DNA of 54,878 nucleotides. It comes from a virus. Lineage: Duplodnaviria > Caudoviricetes. The notes under the pieces are model-generated. The model was not told the DNA's origin. It ran no database searches and saw only the letters and a program-made list of their open reading frames with translations. The stretch spans positions 1 through 54,878 of the IMG/VR virus record IMGVR_UViG_3300030099_002160. One strand, 5' to 3'. The position numbers and the translations under genes were made by a program. Shown piece by piece: positions 1 through 8,304 of this stretch (the first letter of the stretch is position 1; each line of letters begins with the position of its first letter).

Positions 1-10
1 AAATAATATT

Positions 11-352
11 ATGGCTTCGGGTGGTAGGAAAAGAAAATATGTTCAAGCTAGAAACATGTTATGCTATATGATGTATAGCAAATTAGACTATAAGCTTGAA
101 GAAATAGCTGTCAAGATAGGATACAAAAATCATACTTCAGTTATGCACTGCATTCAAATGCACGATGTAGATCTAAAGTTTGACTTATCTTATGCTGACA
201 AATACAAGTACGTGGTGGAAAATCTAAGGATAGATGATCCCCATGATACGGGTGTTGATTACACCAACACTCAAGGAACTCTAAAGTCTTTCCATTATAA
301 AATTCTAGCATTAGAAAGCAGAATGGAAGCTTTGGAGAAATTTATTAATTAA
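11..352 (+). CDS. DnaA C-terminal (domain IV)-like helix-turn-helix protein; may extend upstream of the window
   Basis: RKRKYVQARNMLCY...LEEIAVKIGYKNHTSVMH matches the DnaA domain IV pattern (R..aRqiamY...l.eIG..fg.rdHtTV.h); no AAA+ domain visible. Confidence 0.7.
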   Translation: MASGGRKRKYVQARNMLCYMMYSKLDYKLEEIAVKIGYKNHTSVMHCIQMHDVDLKFDLSYADKYKYVVENLRIDDPHDTGVDYTNTQGTLKSFHYKILALESRMEALEKFIN

Positions 353-371
353 CTAACTAATTTTTTTTATT

Positions 372-638
372 ATGAATAATGAAAACATTTACTGCGGAAG
401 CGGTACAGAAAAGGTCTTCGATGAAGGAAGATCGCTAATTAACTTTTCACTTGATCTAGCAAAACTAAAGGATCATGTGTATGAGTATAATGGCAAAAAA
501 TATGTCAACCTAACTATTGGTGCCAACAGAGACGGTGCTAATGAATATGGCAAGACTCACTATGTTAAAATAAATACTTTCAAACCTGAACCTCAGACTG
601 AAAAAAAGGAGACTAAAAAAGAACCTTTACCATTTTAA
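372..638 (+). CDS. small single-stranded DNA-binding-like protein
   Basis: 88 aa beta-rich body, flexible tail ending LPF (SSB-type C-terminus), inside the replication cluster. Confidence 0.55.
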   Translation: MNNENIYCGSGTEKVFDEGRSLINFSLDLAKLKDHVYEYNGKKYVNLTIGANRDGANEYGKTHYVKINTFKPEPQTEKKETKKEPLPF

Positions 639-648
639 CATAACAACT

Positions 649-673
649 GGGGGAAATAGGGGTTTCCCCCTTT
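649..673 (+). terminator. putative intrinsic terminator
   Basis: GGGGGAAA-tagggg-TTTCCCCC 8-bp stem followed by TTT, just after the SSB-like gene. Confidence 0.6.
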
Positions 674-689
674 AATAAAACATGAAACT

Positions 690-1187
690 ATGTATTTAAA
701 AATATCCGAACACACATCTATTGACAGCAACTCAATCGCAGGTTTTTCTTGTGAAGGTAGAATCCTATACATAATTAGGAAAAGTCATGACAAACCTCTG
801 GATATTATATACGATACTGAACAGGAATGTAGCCGAGTTTTTCAAAACCTAAACACACACTTCAAGTGCAAAGATCTAGTCACACTATTATCAAGCACAG
901 AAACTAAAAGCGACAGAGAAACAAAGCTAGCCATGTTCAGAGCATTTTGGAATCTGTATAACAAAAAAACTGGTATGCAGAAATGTCAGGACAAGTTTCT
1001 TAAGTATGGGGTAGCCACGATGCAGACCATAATAGATGCTGTACCTACATATGTAAAAGAAACTCCTGACCCAAAATTTAGAAAGAATCCACTGACATGG
1101 TTGAATGGAGAATATTGGAAAGATGAAAAAGAAATAGTGGCGGAGAAAAAGAAACAAGAATTTAATGTAAACGATTTATTTAAATGA
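690..1187 (+). CDS. replisome organizer / replication initiation-like protein
   Basis: C-terminal FRAFWNLYNKK...KNPLTWLNGEYWKDE motif typical of phage replication initiators; ATGA overlap with the primase-helicase. Confidence 0.6.
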   Translation: MYLKISEHTSIDSNSIAGFSCEGRILYIIRKSHDKPLDIIYDTEQECSRVFQNLNTHFKCKDLVTLLSSTETKSDRETKLAMFRAFWNLYNKKTGMQKCQDKFLKYGVATMQTIIDAVPTYVKETPDPKFRKNPLTWLNGEYWKDEKEIVAEKKKQEFNVNDLFK

Positions 1188-2932
1188 GCCTAAATAATGA
1201 TAGAATACGAATTAATAAAACACAAGGGGAGGTAAGACATATATGTCATAATTGTTCTGGGGATCGCAAGAAACCCAACGAGAAATGTCTAGCAATAAAC
1301 GCAGAGACTGGAGCATATTTGTGTCACCACTGCGGAGATAGTGGAATTATTAATCAGTACAAAACATACGAAAAGAAAAAAGATATAGAATATTCTAGAC
1401 CCGTAATGACTAACTCCACTGGATTATCAGATGATATGTTAGAATGGTTTAAGTCTAGAGGTATATCTCAAAAGATATTAATAAAAAATAAAATAACACA
1501 GAAAAAGGAATATATGCCACAAGCTTCCGAAAATAGAAATGTTATATGCTTCAACTATTTTAGAGATGGAGAGCTTGTAAATGTGAAATACAGAGACGCA
1601 GAAAAAAACTTTAAGCAACACAAAGATGCTGAAAAGATATTCTACGGTCTTGATGACATACAAGATCACAAAGAGGTATATATAGTAGAGGGTGAGATGG
1701 ACAAGCTTTCCCTCAATGAAATAGGTATAGAGAACTGTTTGTCGGTTCCTGACGGTGCACCAAATCCTGGAACTAAAAACTATGACAATAAGTTCTCTTA
1801 CCTAGACAACTGCTGGGAATATTTTAAGGACATAGAAAAAGTATACATATGTTCCGACAACGATGTAAACGGAAGAGTTCTGTTAGAAGAACTTAGTAGA
1901 AGGATAGGTAGAGAGAGATGTTACGTTGTAAAGTTCCCAGACGAGATCAAAGATGCTAACCAAATGCTTGTAGATCAAGGTGTGTTAGCTCTTGAAAAAG
2001 TATTGAAAGATGCTGAACCATATCCAGTAGACGGTATATTTACTGTTAGATCTGAGCAAGACTACATGATAGATGTATTCAATAACGGTAAGAAGAAAGG
2101 ACTAACTACAGGATATCAAATTTTAGACAATCACTATACCCTCAGAACTTCAGAGTTAGATGTGTGGACAGGGATCCCAGGCTCAGGTAAAACAATGATG
2201 GCTATGCAGATAATGTTAAATGCCTCTGTTTTATACGGATGGAAGTGGGGAATATTTTCTCCAGAAAACTATCCTGTGGGAGACCTGTTCGACACTCTAG
2301 CTGAAATGTATATTGGTAACACATCTGATGTAGATGTGCAAGATAGGATGAGCATATACGAATATGAAAAAGCTATAGAGTTTTTGAATGATCATTTTTT
2401 TGCTATATATCCTGAAGACGATTTTAGTCTAGACAATATACTATCTAAGTTTAAACATTTAGTTTTGAGACATGGTATAAAAGGCTGTCTGTTAGATCCG
2501 TTCAATCAGCTGGATCATAAGTTTCAGGGTAAAGATGAAACAACTTACATAGGTGAATGCTTGACTCAGATACGTAGGTTTGAACAGGTTAATGATCTAA
2601 AGTTTATAATTATAGCACACCCCAGGAAAATGGATAGAGATGACTCTGGTGGATATAAAAAGCCTACAGCTTACGATATTAGCGGTAGTCAAAACTGGTT
2701 CAACAAAGCTGACAATGTTATATGTATACACAGAGATGACTCCATGGATATAAACAATACATCAGTGGCTTTCAGTGTCCAAAAGGTTAAGTTTCAAAAG
2801 CTAGTAGGTGTGCCAGGAGAAGAGTCATTAAAATATGACAGAAGATCTGGTAGGTATTTAGATTATCAAATGAGCTGTCCGTTGGATAGTGTTAGTCAAA
2901 CCCACAGCTTGTGGATCAAAAATACGTACTGA
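1184..2932 (+). CDS. T7 gp4/Twinkle-like DNA primase-helicase
   Basis: Zn-binding CHNC...CHHC, TOPRIM EGEMD and DND, Walker A GIPGSGKT, SF4 motifs LLDPFN, AHPRK, DISGS. Confidence 0.93.
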   Translation: MSLNNDRIRINKTQGEVRHICHNCSGDRKKPNEKCLAINAETGAYLCHHCGDSGIINQYKTYEKKKDIEYSRPVMTNSTGLSDDMLEWFKSRGISQKILIKNKITQKKEYMPQASENRNVICFNYFRDGELVNVKYRDAEKNFKQHKDAEKIFYGLDDIQDHKEVYIVEGEMDKLSLNEIGIENCLSVPDGAPNPGTKNYDNKFSYLDNCWEYFKDIEKVYICSDNDVNGRVLLEELSRRIGRERCYVVKFPDEIKDANQMLVDQGVLALEKVLKDAEPYPVDGIFTVRSEQDYMIDVFNNGKKKGLTTGYQILDNHYTLRTSELDVWTGIPGSGKTMMAMQIMLNASVLYGWKWGIFSPENYPVGDLFDTLAEMYIGNTSDVDVQDRMSIYEYEKAIEFLNDHFFAIYPEDDFSLDNILSKFKHLVLRHGIKGCLLDPFNQLDHKFQGKDETTYIGECLTQIRRFEQVNDLKFIIIAHPRKMDRDDSGGYKKPTAYDISGSQNWFNKADNVICIHRDDSMDINNTSVAFSVQKVKFQKLVGVPGEESLKYDRRSGRYLDYQMSCPLDSVSQTHSLWIKNTY

Positions 2933-3204
2933 TGAGAAAGACAATATACTTACTAACACTTAATTGTTATTACCAAAATGTAAATGTGAATAGATTGGGA
3001 AAAAAAATGGTTAGTAAGAATAAAAATAATATAGTGATAGAGAAATGTTTTACAGAGAATAACATAAAGAATCTTATGAACTGTAAGAGATCTATGGATA
3101 AGATAAGGTTTGAAATATCTAAGAAAACAAAAAAGGAAGTTGAAGTAACTATAGAAGAGATAGTTAGCTCTATAGACCTAGGTCTGAGTAATGATATATA
3201 TTAA
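2911..3204 (+). CDS. hypothetical protein (start probably ATG at 2932)
   Basis: ORF in operon context; TGATG overlap with the helicase stop. Confidence 0.6.
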   Translation: MDQKYVLMRKTIYLLTLNCYYQNVNVNRLGKKMVSKNKNNIVIEKCFTENNIKNLMNCKRSMDKIRFEISKKTKKEVEVTIEEIVSSIDLGLSNDIY

Positions 3205-3219
3205 CTAAAATTAATTATT

Positions 3220-3633
3220 ATGGATAGAATATTTTTTATTGTGGTTATGCTGACGTTACAGCTATCCGCACAGATTCAAAACGGTTTGTATTACTCAAAG
3301 GATATATACACATCAGATGTTAATAACTACGAGACTTACAATACAGAAAAGATTGACGCAAAGCAATACATAAGAATAACAGATAATGGTATAAGAATAT
3401 ACAGTAGAGGTGGCATAGGTGTTTACCATGCCTGGATAAATATAGGTATGTTTGATAAGCATTATACCTACGTTCTTAGCAACGGATCTAAAGTATGTTA
3501 TGGACCAGAGATCAAGGGTATATATTACTTCTACGATAACGAATATGATCCTATTGAATATAAAAAAGTTATTGAGTTCAGGAATCTAAAGAAAGTTAAA
3601 AGATCTAATAACTACCTTATGAATATAAGATGA
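3220..3633 (+). CDS. exported hypothetical protein with signal peptide
   Basis: MDRIFFIVVMLTLQLSA|Q hydrophobic leader with Gln after the predicted cleavage site. Confidence 0.65.
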   Translation: MDRIFFIVVMLTLQLSAQIQNGLYYSKDIYTSDVNNYETYNTEKIDAKQYIRITDNGIRIYSRGGIGVYHAWINIGMFDKHYTYVLSNGSKVCYGPEIKGIYYFYDNEYDPIEYKKVIEFRNLKKVKRSNNYLMNIR

Positions 3634-4226
3634 AAAAAAAATATAACAAAAAGATAAGGAATGCCACAGCCACTACCTTCAACGGAATTAAATTTAAATC
3701 AAAGCTAGAGAAGTTCACTTACCAGTGTCTAAAAGTGGCTGGCATACCCTTTAACTACGAGAAAGATAGGTTTATACTGATAGATAAGTTTACCTACAAA
3801 GGAGAATCTATAGAGAAGAAAAAGAGTAAAGGCAAGAATGTATTTGTCAAAGCCTCCAAGAATATATCTCAAGCTACATACCTGCCTGACTTTACCAATC
3901 TTGATCAAGGTTGGATCATAGAATGTAAGGGTCTTAGAACAGAGGCGTTCAATCTCAGATGGAAATTATTTAAAAGTAGTCTTGCAAAACAGAAAAAAAA
4001 TTACGATCTTTACATGCCTGGCACTCAAAAACAAATAATGGAAGTTATTAATTCTATAAAAGAAAAAACAATGATTTCAAATGAGGACAAGGAGAAACTA
4101 AACAAAAAGATAAGAAGAGATTCTCAGTTGGAGGCAGAACAAAACGGAATGGATCTTAGATCTAAACCGTATAAGAATAAAAAAAAATACACAAGAAAAA
4201 ACAAACATGCTAAAGACAGTTTTTAA
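3630..4226 (+). CDS. T7 endonuclease I-like PD-(D/E)xK nuclease / resolvase with basic C-terminal extension
   Basis: FKSKLE, YLPDF and IIECKG motifs. Confidence 0.8.
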   Translation: MKKKYNKKIRNATATTFNGIKFKSKLEKFTYQCLKVAGIPFNYEKDRFILIDKFTYKGESIEKKKSKGKNVFVKASKNISQATYLPDFTNLDQGWIIECKGLRTEAFNLRWKLFKSSLAKQKKNYDLYMPGTQKQIMEVINSIKEKTMISNEDKEKLNKKIRRDSQLEAEQNGMDLRSKPYKNKKKYTRKNKHAKDSF

Positions 4227-4617
4227 ATCATTACTTGGTGACGCTTCAAAGATCATAGACGATGTGGTTACGACCAAAGAAGAAAAGATGTCACTTAAGT
4301 TACAAATGAAAGAGATGATTGAGAATGCGAAAGCAAATGCTCAAGAACAAGTAACAAGAAGATGGGAGGCTGACTCTAAAGCTGGATGGTTGCCAGCTAA
4401 TATAAGACCTATGATACTAGCTTTTTTAACGATCATGCTGGTGGTTATGTCATTCTTTGACGGTAACGTAGGAGACTTTAAAATGAATCCAATGTACGGT
4501 CCAATATATACTCAGCTCCTACTTGTCGTATACTCAGCGTATTTCGCTGGTAGATCAATCGAGAAAATAAAAAATAATAACAATAAAAATAAATTAAATG
4601 GAAACGAAAAAAATTGA
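4207..4617 (+). CDS. holin (GTA/3TM holin-like)
   Basis: IDDVVTTKEEK, RWEAD...WLPANIRP, two hydrophobic segments, YFAGRSIEK. Confidence 0.8.
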   Translation: MLKTVFKSLLGDASKIIDDVVTTKEEKMSLKLQMKEMIENAKANAQEQVTRRWEADSKAGWLPANIRPMILAFLTIMLVVMSFFDGNVGDFKMNPMYGPIYTQLLLVVYSAYFAGRSIEKIKNNNNKNKLNGNEKN

Positions 4618-4873
4618 CGAAAAAGATCTTCAACAAATAAAAACTTTAAATGAAGAGAAAAACCGAATGGTAGTAGACTTTGGTAGATTAAAAACAGATA
4701 TCATAATGGTAGAAGCTAAATTAAAAGAGCTTGTTAAAATGGAAGAGGATATGGTAGCTGAGTTTAAAGGTAACGAAACTAAAGCCAGTAAACTTATATC
4801 TAAACTAAACAAAAAATATGGTGGTGGTCAAATAGATATTGACAAAGGCACGTTTACTCCATCCCCTAAATAA
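4598..4873 (+). CDS. small coiled-coil hypothetical protein
   Basis: heptad-rich, ends KYGGGQIDIDKGTF, a recurrent small phage protein type. Confidence 0.7.
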   Translation: METKKIDEKDLQQIKTLNEEKNRMVVDFGRLKTDIIMVEAKLKELVKMEEDMVAEFKGNETKASKLISKLNKKYGGGQIDIDKGTFTPSPK

Positions 4874-4877
4874 TGAT

Positions 4878-4900
4878 AAACCCACCGCATGGGTGGGCTT
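4878..4900. terminator. hairpin between convergent gene blocks, probable terminator
   Basis: CCCACC-gcatg-GGTGGG stem flanked by AAA and CTT. Confidence 0.55.
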
Positions 4901-4999
4901 ACCGAAACCAAAAAACTTAAATTATGAACTATGAAAGTTCACATGATTTACTAATATACAAAAATATATTTAAATCCTAAAAAATTATACTGTAATTTA

Positions 5000-5470
5000 T
5001 TAACAACTATGATCGTAATAACTTATGGTAACATCCTCTCCATTCTTTATAGCCTGTGCTATCTTGGGATATATACGCATGTAGGCTCTTGTTGATGATC
5101 CTACAAAACCGTTCTTCTTGATTTGATTGTTCTCCTGTGAGTCCCCAACAAGTAAACACCCAGCGGTGTCTTCATCAGTATTACCACAGTGAATAAGAAT
5201 ATACTCAAAACCAGGGACATCAAGAACATGAAGCATGCCGATATGAATATCAGCGAAACGACCAGAATATTTTTTATGGTATCCACCAACCGTTCTGAGA
5301 CCCAACTTGTAAGTCCCTTCAGGTATTCTTGTCTCGCCATATACTTTTGAATCTCTTTGTTCATCTTCTAAAGTGTAGCACAAAAAGTTTCTCTTACCGT
5401 CTTCTACAGAAAACAAAAGACCATTAGTAGAATCAGGCTCACTAGAGAACCTTATTACCTCAAGTTTCAT
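5000..5470 (-). CDS. DUF5675-like protein (L,D-transpeptidase-like fold), candidate endolysin
   Basis: STNGLL, CYTLED, IPEGTY, ILIHCGNTDEDTAGCLLVG (His...Cys pattern). Confidence 0.75.
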   Translation of the reverse strand: MKLEVIRFSSEPDSTNGLLFSVEDGKRNFLCYTLEDEQRDSKVYGETRIPEGTYKLGLRTVGGYHKKYSGRFADIHIGMLHVLDVPGFEYILIHCGNTDEDTAGCLLVGDSQENNQIKKNGFVGSSTRAYMRIYPKIAQAIKNGEDVTISYYDHSC

Positions 5471-5884
5471 TTACGCAGATATGAATAACATGTACTCTAC
5501 AGTCAAGCTTGTTGCTACGCTTGGTGTATACACAATGTCATTATTGTCATCGTGAGCACTCCAAGGCATAAACATCCAATCTCCAGCGTATAATCTACCT
5601 ATTTCTTCTCCATTTATTTTAATAGTAACAAACTCTGATCTAGTTGTAGAACAGTTTTTAATATATAGTTTGTGAGCTTTGTTAGCACCGTAAGTTGTAG
5701 CTGGAGTCGCATCAAACAAGTTAACATCAGCAGTTGCTGTAGTTGTCTTTCTAGACAATCCCTCTAACTGAGTAATACCTGTAGTTGTGCCAGCATCAAA
5801 CAAAGTAGCTGTAGCTGTTAAGCTAAGAGCATCTGATGTTAAATCACTAGAAGATAGTGTAATTTGTGCAGTTGTTGTTGCCAT
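5471..5884 (-). CDS. hypothetical protein, probably virion structural (Thr/Ala-rich beta protein)
   Basis: composition; own TATATTTG promoter upstream. Confidence 0.6.
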   Translation of the reverse strand: MATTTAQITLSSSDLTSDALSLTATATLFDAGTTTGITQLEGLSRKTTTATADVNLFDATPATTYGANKAHKLYIKNCSTTRSEFVTIKINGEEIGRLYAGDWMFMPWSAHDDNNDIVYTPSVATSLTVEYMLFISA

Positions 5885-5915
5885 TTATTTTTTATTTATT
5901 GTTAATAATTTTTAT

Positions 5916-5923
5916 CAAATATA
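5916..5923 (-). promoter_or_regulatory. Bacteroidota primary-sigma -7 element
   Basis: TATATTTG (TAnnTTTG) about 30 nt upstream of ATG 5884. Confidence 0.65.
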
Positions 5924-5929
5924 ATCATT

Positions 5930-6103
5930 TTATATCTCAAAACCAAAGTTGAATATCATAAATCTAAATTTTGAGCAATTAGTTTTTTCGCATATATAGC
6001 AAGGACAATATTTTATTTCTAATAAAGTTATAGTTCCAAGTCTTAGCGATATACCATACTTTTCTTTTTTATTTCCTGCGTTCCAAGAATTAATCCAATT
6101 CAT
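5930..6103 (-). CDS. 57-aa protein missing from the ORF track
   Basis: MNWINSWNAGNKKEKYGISLRLGTITLLEIKYCPCYICEKTNCSKFRFMIFNFGFEI; fills the gap, A-rich start context, four Cys. Confidence 0.7.
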   Translation of the reverse strand: MNWINSWNAGNKKEKYGISLRLGTITLLEIKYCPCYICEKTNCSKFRFMIFNFGFEI

Positions 6104-6114
6104 ATTTTTTATTT

Positions 6115-6507
6115 TTAATTAAACTTTGCTAGCATTATTTGATCAATGCTTTTCTGTATTTTCTTTTTATCTGCCTCCAGCTGAAACATTATGTTAGCTG
6201 AAAACCTTTCTTTTTCTTTGCCACTTTCAAATATGATGATCGTAGGCACACTTAGCACATCATAGTCGTTCTGCAAGCTAGTGCAGTGCATTATATCTAC
6301 TCTGTAAACAGTAGCGTCTTTTAAAGATCCTAACTCGCTAAACTCATTACTTTTGTTCCAGTCAGCCCAGAACTCTACAGCTACTATATCTTTGGCTATT
6401 TTTTCATTAAAATTATTTACGTTCAAAAAGTCTTGAGACTTTGATTTACCTGCTAATATTAAAAAAAATATAAATAATAATAATAATTTTAAATCTATAT
6501 ATTTCAT
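6115..6507 (-). CDS. exported thioredoxin-fold protein lacking CxxC
   Basis: signal peptide; VAVEFWADWN replaces vdFwAxWCxxC; YRVDI, YDVLSVPTIIIF cis-Pro loop. Confidence 0.75.
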   Translation of the reverse strand: MKYIDLKLLLLFIFFLILAGKSKSQDFLNVNNFNEKIAKDIVAVEFWADWNKSNEFSELGSLKDATVYRVDIMHCTSLQNDYDVLSVPTIIIFESGKEKERFSANIMFQLEADKKKIQKSIDQIMLAKFN

Positions 6508-6508
6508 G

Positions 6509-6790
6509 CTACTCTAATTTATCTATCTTATCTCTAAGATACTTAATATCTTCTTTTATTTCAGTAACATCCTCCTGGGTCGTAAGTATAGTTTGACGGA
6601 TCATACGATCCTTCATATCAAACTCCATCTTAGTAACCTCTGGCTTTGGTGGTTCTGGAAGCTCTTTAGCTTCCTGTATGTCAGCCTGTAGGGTAAACCA
6701 CATTCCTACGAATGCAAATATTAAAACTGATATACCTCCTAAGGTTTTTAGACTCACTTCAAATTTAGAGTCCTCCGATAATTCTTTCAT
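6509..6790 (-). CDS. single-pass membrane protein with coiled coil
   Basis: TM LGGISVLIFAFVGMWFTL; C-terminal heptads. Confidence 0.75.
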   Translation of the reverse strand: MKELSEDSKFEVSLKTLGGISVLIFAFVGMWFTLQADIQEAKELPEPPKPEVTKMEFDMKDRMIRQTILTTQEDVTEIKEDIKYLRDKIDKLE

Positions 6791-6792
6791 AA

Positions 6793-7074
6793 TTAACTTT
6801 TTTTATTAACTCTGCATTTCCATTTTCTTAGTGCCAACGCTTTTCTTGTTGGTCTTCCTTTTTTATCTTTTAGTGGACCTTTCATTCCACTCATTCTAGC
6901 ACAAAAAGACTTACGTCTCTTAGCTGCTTTACTACCCTTTTTAACCTTACCAGTAACAGGGGCACCCAGTTTACTTCCAGGATTAGCTCTTCTATAAGAA
7001 GCTCTACCCTTTTTGTTTAAACCGCCAGTGGGACTCTTGCCCTCTTTTCTCTGCCATGCTGGTGTCTTTGCCAT
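6793..7074 (-). CDS. small basic protein (DUF6321-like)
   Basis: AWQRKEGKSPTGGLN...RRKSFCARMSG...LRKWKC pattern. Confidence 0.75.
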   Translation of the reverse strand: MAKTPAWQRKEGKSPTGGLNKKGRASYRRANPGSKLGAPVTGKVKKGSKAAKRRKSFCARMSGMKGPLKDKKGRPTRKALALRKWKCRVNKKS

Positions 7075-7376
7075 TACTTTTTCTTTTTGTTTACCTTAAC
7101 CCCCCTTTGTCTTCTAAGAGCTTCTTTAGCCCTTTTAAATATAGAAGCCTGCTTAGGCTTGCCACCATACTTAGATCTTTGCTCACCTACAGTTAATATC
7201 TGTATCTTTCTAGCGTAAGGTTTATTTATTCTTTTTACCTTGGCTACAGTGGCTCTAGCATCAGACTCAGTAGCGTACTTTATACTAACTGTATCTTTAG
7301 GATTCTCATCCGTATATAATCTTCTACCTGAGCCCTTTGGCTTTTTACCTGTTCCTACAACTGGATCTTTAGCCAT
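7074..7376 (-). CDS. small basic conserved phage protein
   Basis: GTGKKPKGSGRRLYTDENPKDTV motif; TAATG coupling. Confidence 0.75.
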   Translation of the reverse strand: MAKDPVVGTGKKPKGSGRRLYTDENPKDTVSIKYATESDARATVAKVKRINKPYARKIQILTVGEQRSKYGGKPKQASIFKRAKEALRRQRGVKVNKKKK

Positions 7377-7645
7377 TACTTCTTCTTTTTTCTTTTGTTA
7401 ATTCTAGTCCCTTTCTTTCTCTTATATCTACTAACTCTACCCTTAACATTTTTTTCTTTCTGTGCTCTTCTTCTCTCAGACTTACTTAACTCACTCCAAG
7501 TTGCTGGAGTATCTTTACTAACTCTTTTTGTAGGTCTAAAAGTATTTTCTCCGCCACTGTAATCCTTCTTACCCTTAGGTGTTCTCCAATCTTCCTTAAA
7601 CCATCTTTTGAGTCTAAGCCCCGCTTTTGTTTTACGGACAGCCAT
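7376..7645 (-). CDS. small basic protein (DUF5872-like)
   Basis: LKRWFKEDW...RPTKRVSKDTPATWSEL. Confidence 0.7.
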   Translation of the reverse strand: MAVRKTKAGLRLKRWFKEDWRTPKGKKDYSGGENTFRPTKRVSKDTPATWSELSKSERRRAQKEKNVKGRVSRYKRKKGTRINKRKKKK

Positions 7646-7848
7646 TATCTTCTCTTTTTCTTTTTCTTTTTACCTCCTTCGCCCCAGTTTCTTACACCAA
7701 CTTTTCTACACTTAGCCATGGCTCCACTTCTATACGCAGAAGTTTTAGGTCCATATCTACGAACCACCTTATAGTAACAAGCATCTTTCTTAGATGTTTT
7801 GCCACCTTTCTTATATTTTTTTACAACTCTTTTATTTACTCGGGTCAT
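7645..7848 (-). CDS. small basic protein
   Basis: KKDACYYKV...SAYRSGAMAKCRK; TAATG coupling. Confidence 0.7.
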   Translation of the reverse strand: MTRVNKRVVKKYKKGGKTSKKDACYYKVVRRYGPKTSAYRSGAMAKCRKVGVRNWGEGGKKKKKKRR

Positions 7849-8087
7849 TAGTTTCCAACTTGTTTTTTAGCTGCATTATGAGCTTGAGTAAAAGTCTTTC
7901 CCTGCTTCATAAGCTTAATCATAAGATTCATATGTTTTTTAGTATGATGTTTGCTATGTTTTTTCAGAGTGTCCTTTTGTCTATCAGTTAGACCGTCTGT
8001 TCTTTTAACTAATTTAACTTTAGATCCAGTTCTAGACATTGCTGGTCTTCCGACCTTATTACCGTAAGTTCCTTTTCCGCTTGGCAT
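7848..8087 (-). CDS. small basic His-rich protein
   Basis: MPSGKGTYG.KVGRP and LKKHSKHHTKKHM...FTQAH. Confidence 0.7.
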   Translation of the reverse strand: MPSGKGTYGNKVGRPAMSRTGSKVKLVKRTDGLTDRQKDTLKKHSKHHTKKHMNLMIKLMKQGKTFTQAHNAAKKQVGN

Positions 8088-8091
8088 ATTT

Positions 8092-8304
8092 TTATTTTTT
8101 AGAGAATTTTTCTACGCCACTTATTCCGAAGCATCCTAAGACAACCCAAACAAAAGAGTCGTATACAAATTCATTTATTACTAGATCTTTACCAATCCAG
8201 CCTGTTACCAGATCAGCGACCATTATTATACACATTATTATAAAAGCTACAAAACCAACTATAGCCTTCTCATTCCAATCATTATTGTCTTTAAATATAT
8301 TCAT
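8092..8304 (-). CDS. small two-TM membrane protein
   Basis: two hydrophobic segments, ends GCFGISGVEKF. Confidence 0.75.
   Translation of the reverse strand: MNIFKDNNDWNEKAIVGFVAFIIMCIIMVADLVTGWIGKDLVINEFVYDSFVWVVLGCFGISGVEKFSKK

Noticed and set aside
4924-4980. 18-codon ORF (MNYESSHDLLIYKNIFKS) with an A-rich leader, and a TATATTAG motif on the opposite strand at 4951-4958
   Set aside because: Too short, downstream of a hairpin, and no independent support for a peptide or antisense RNA
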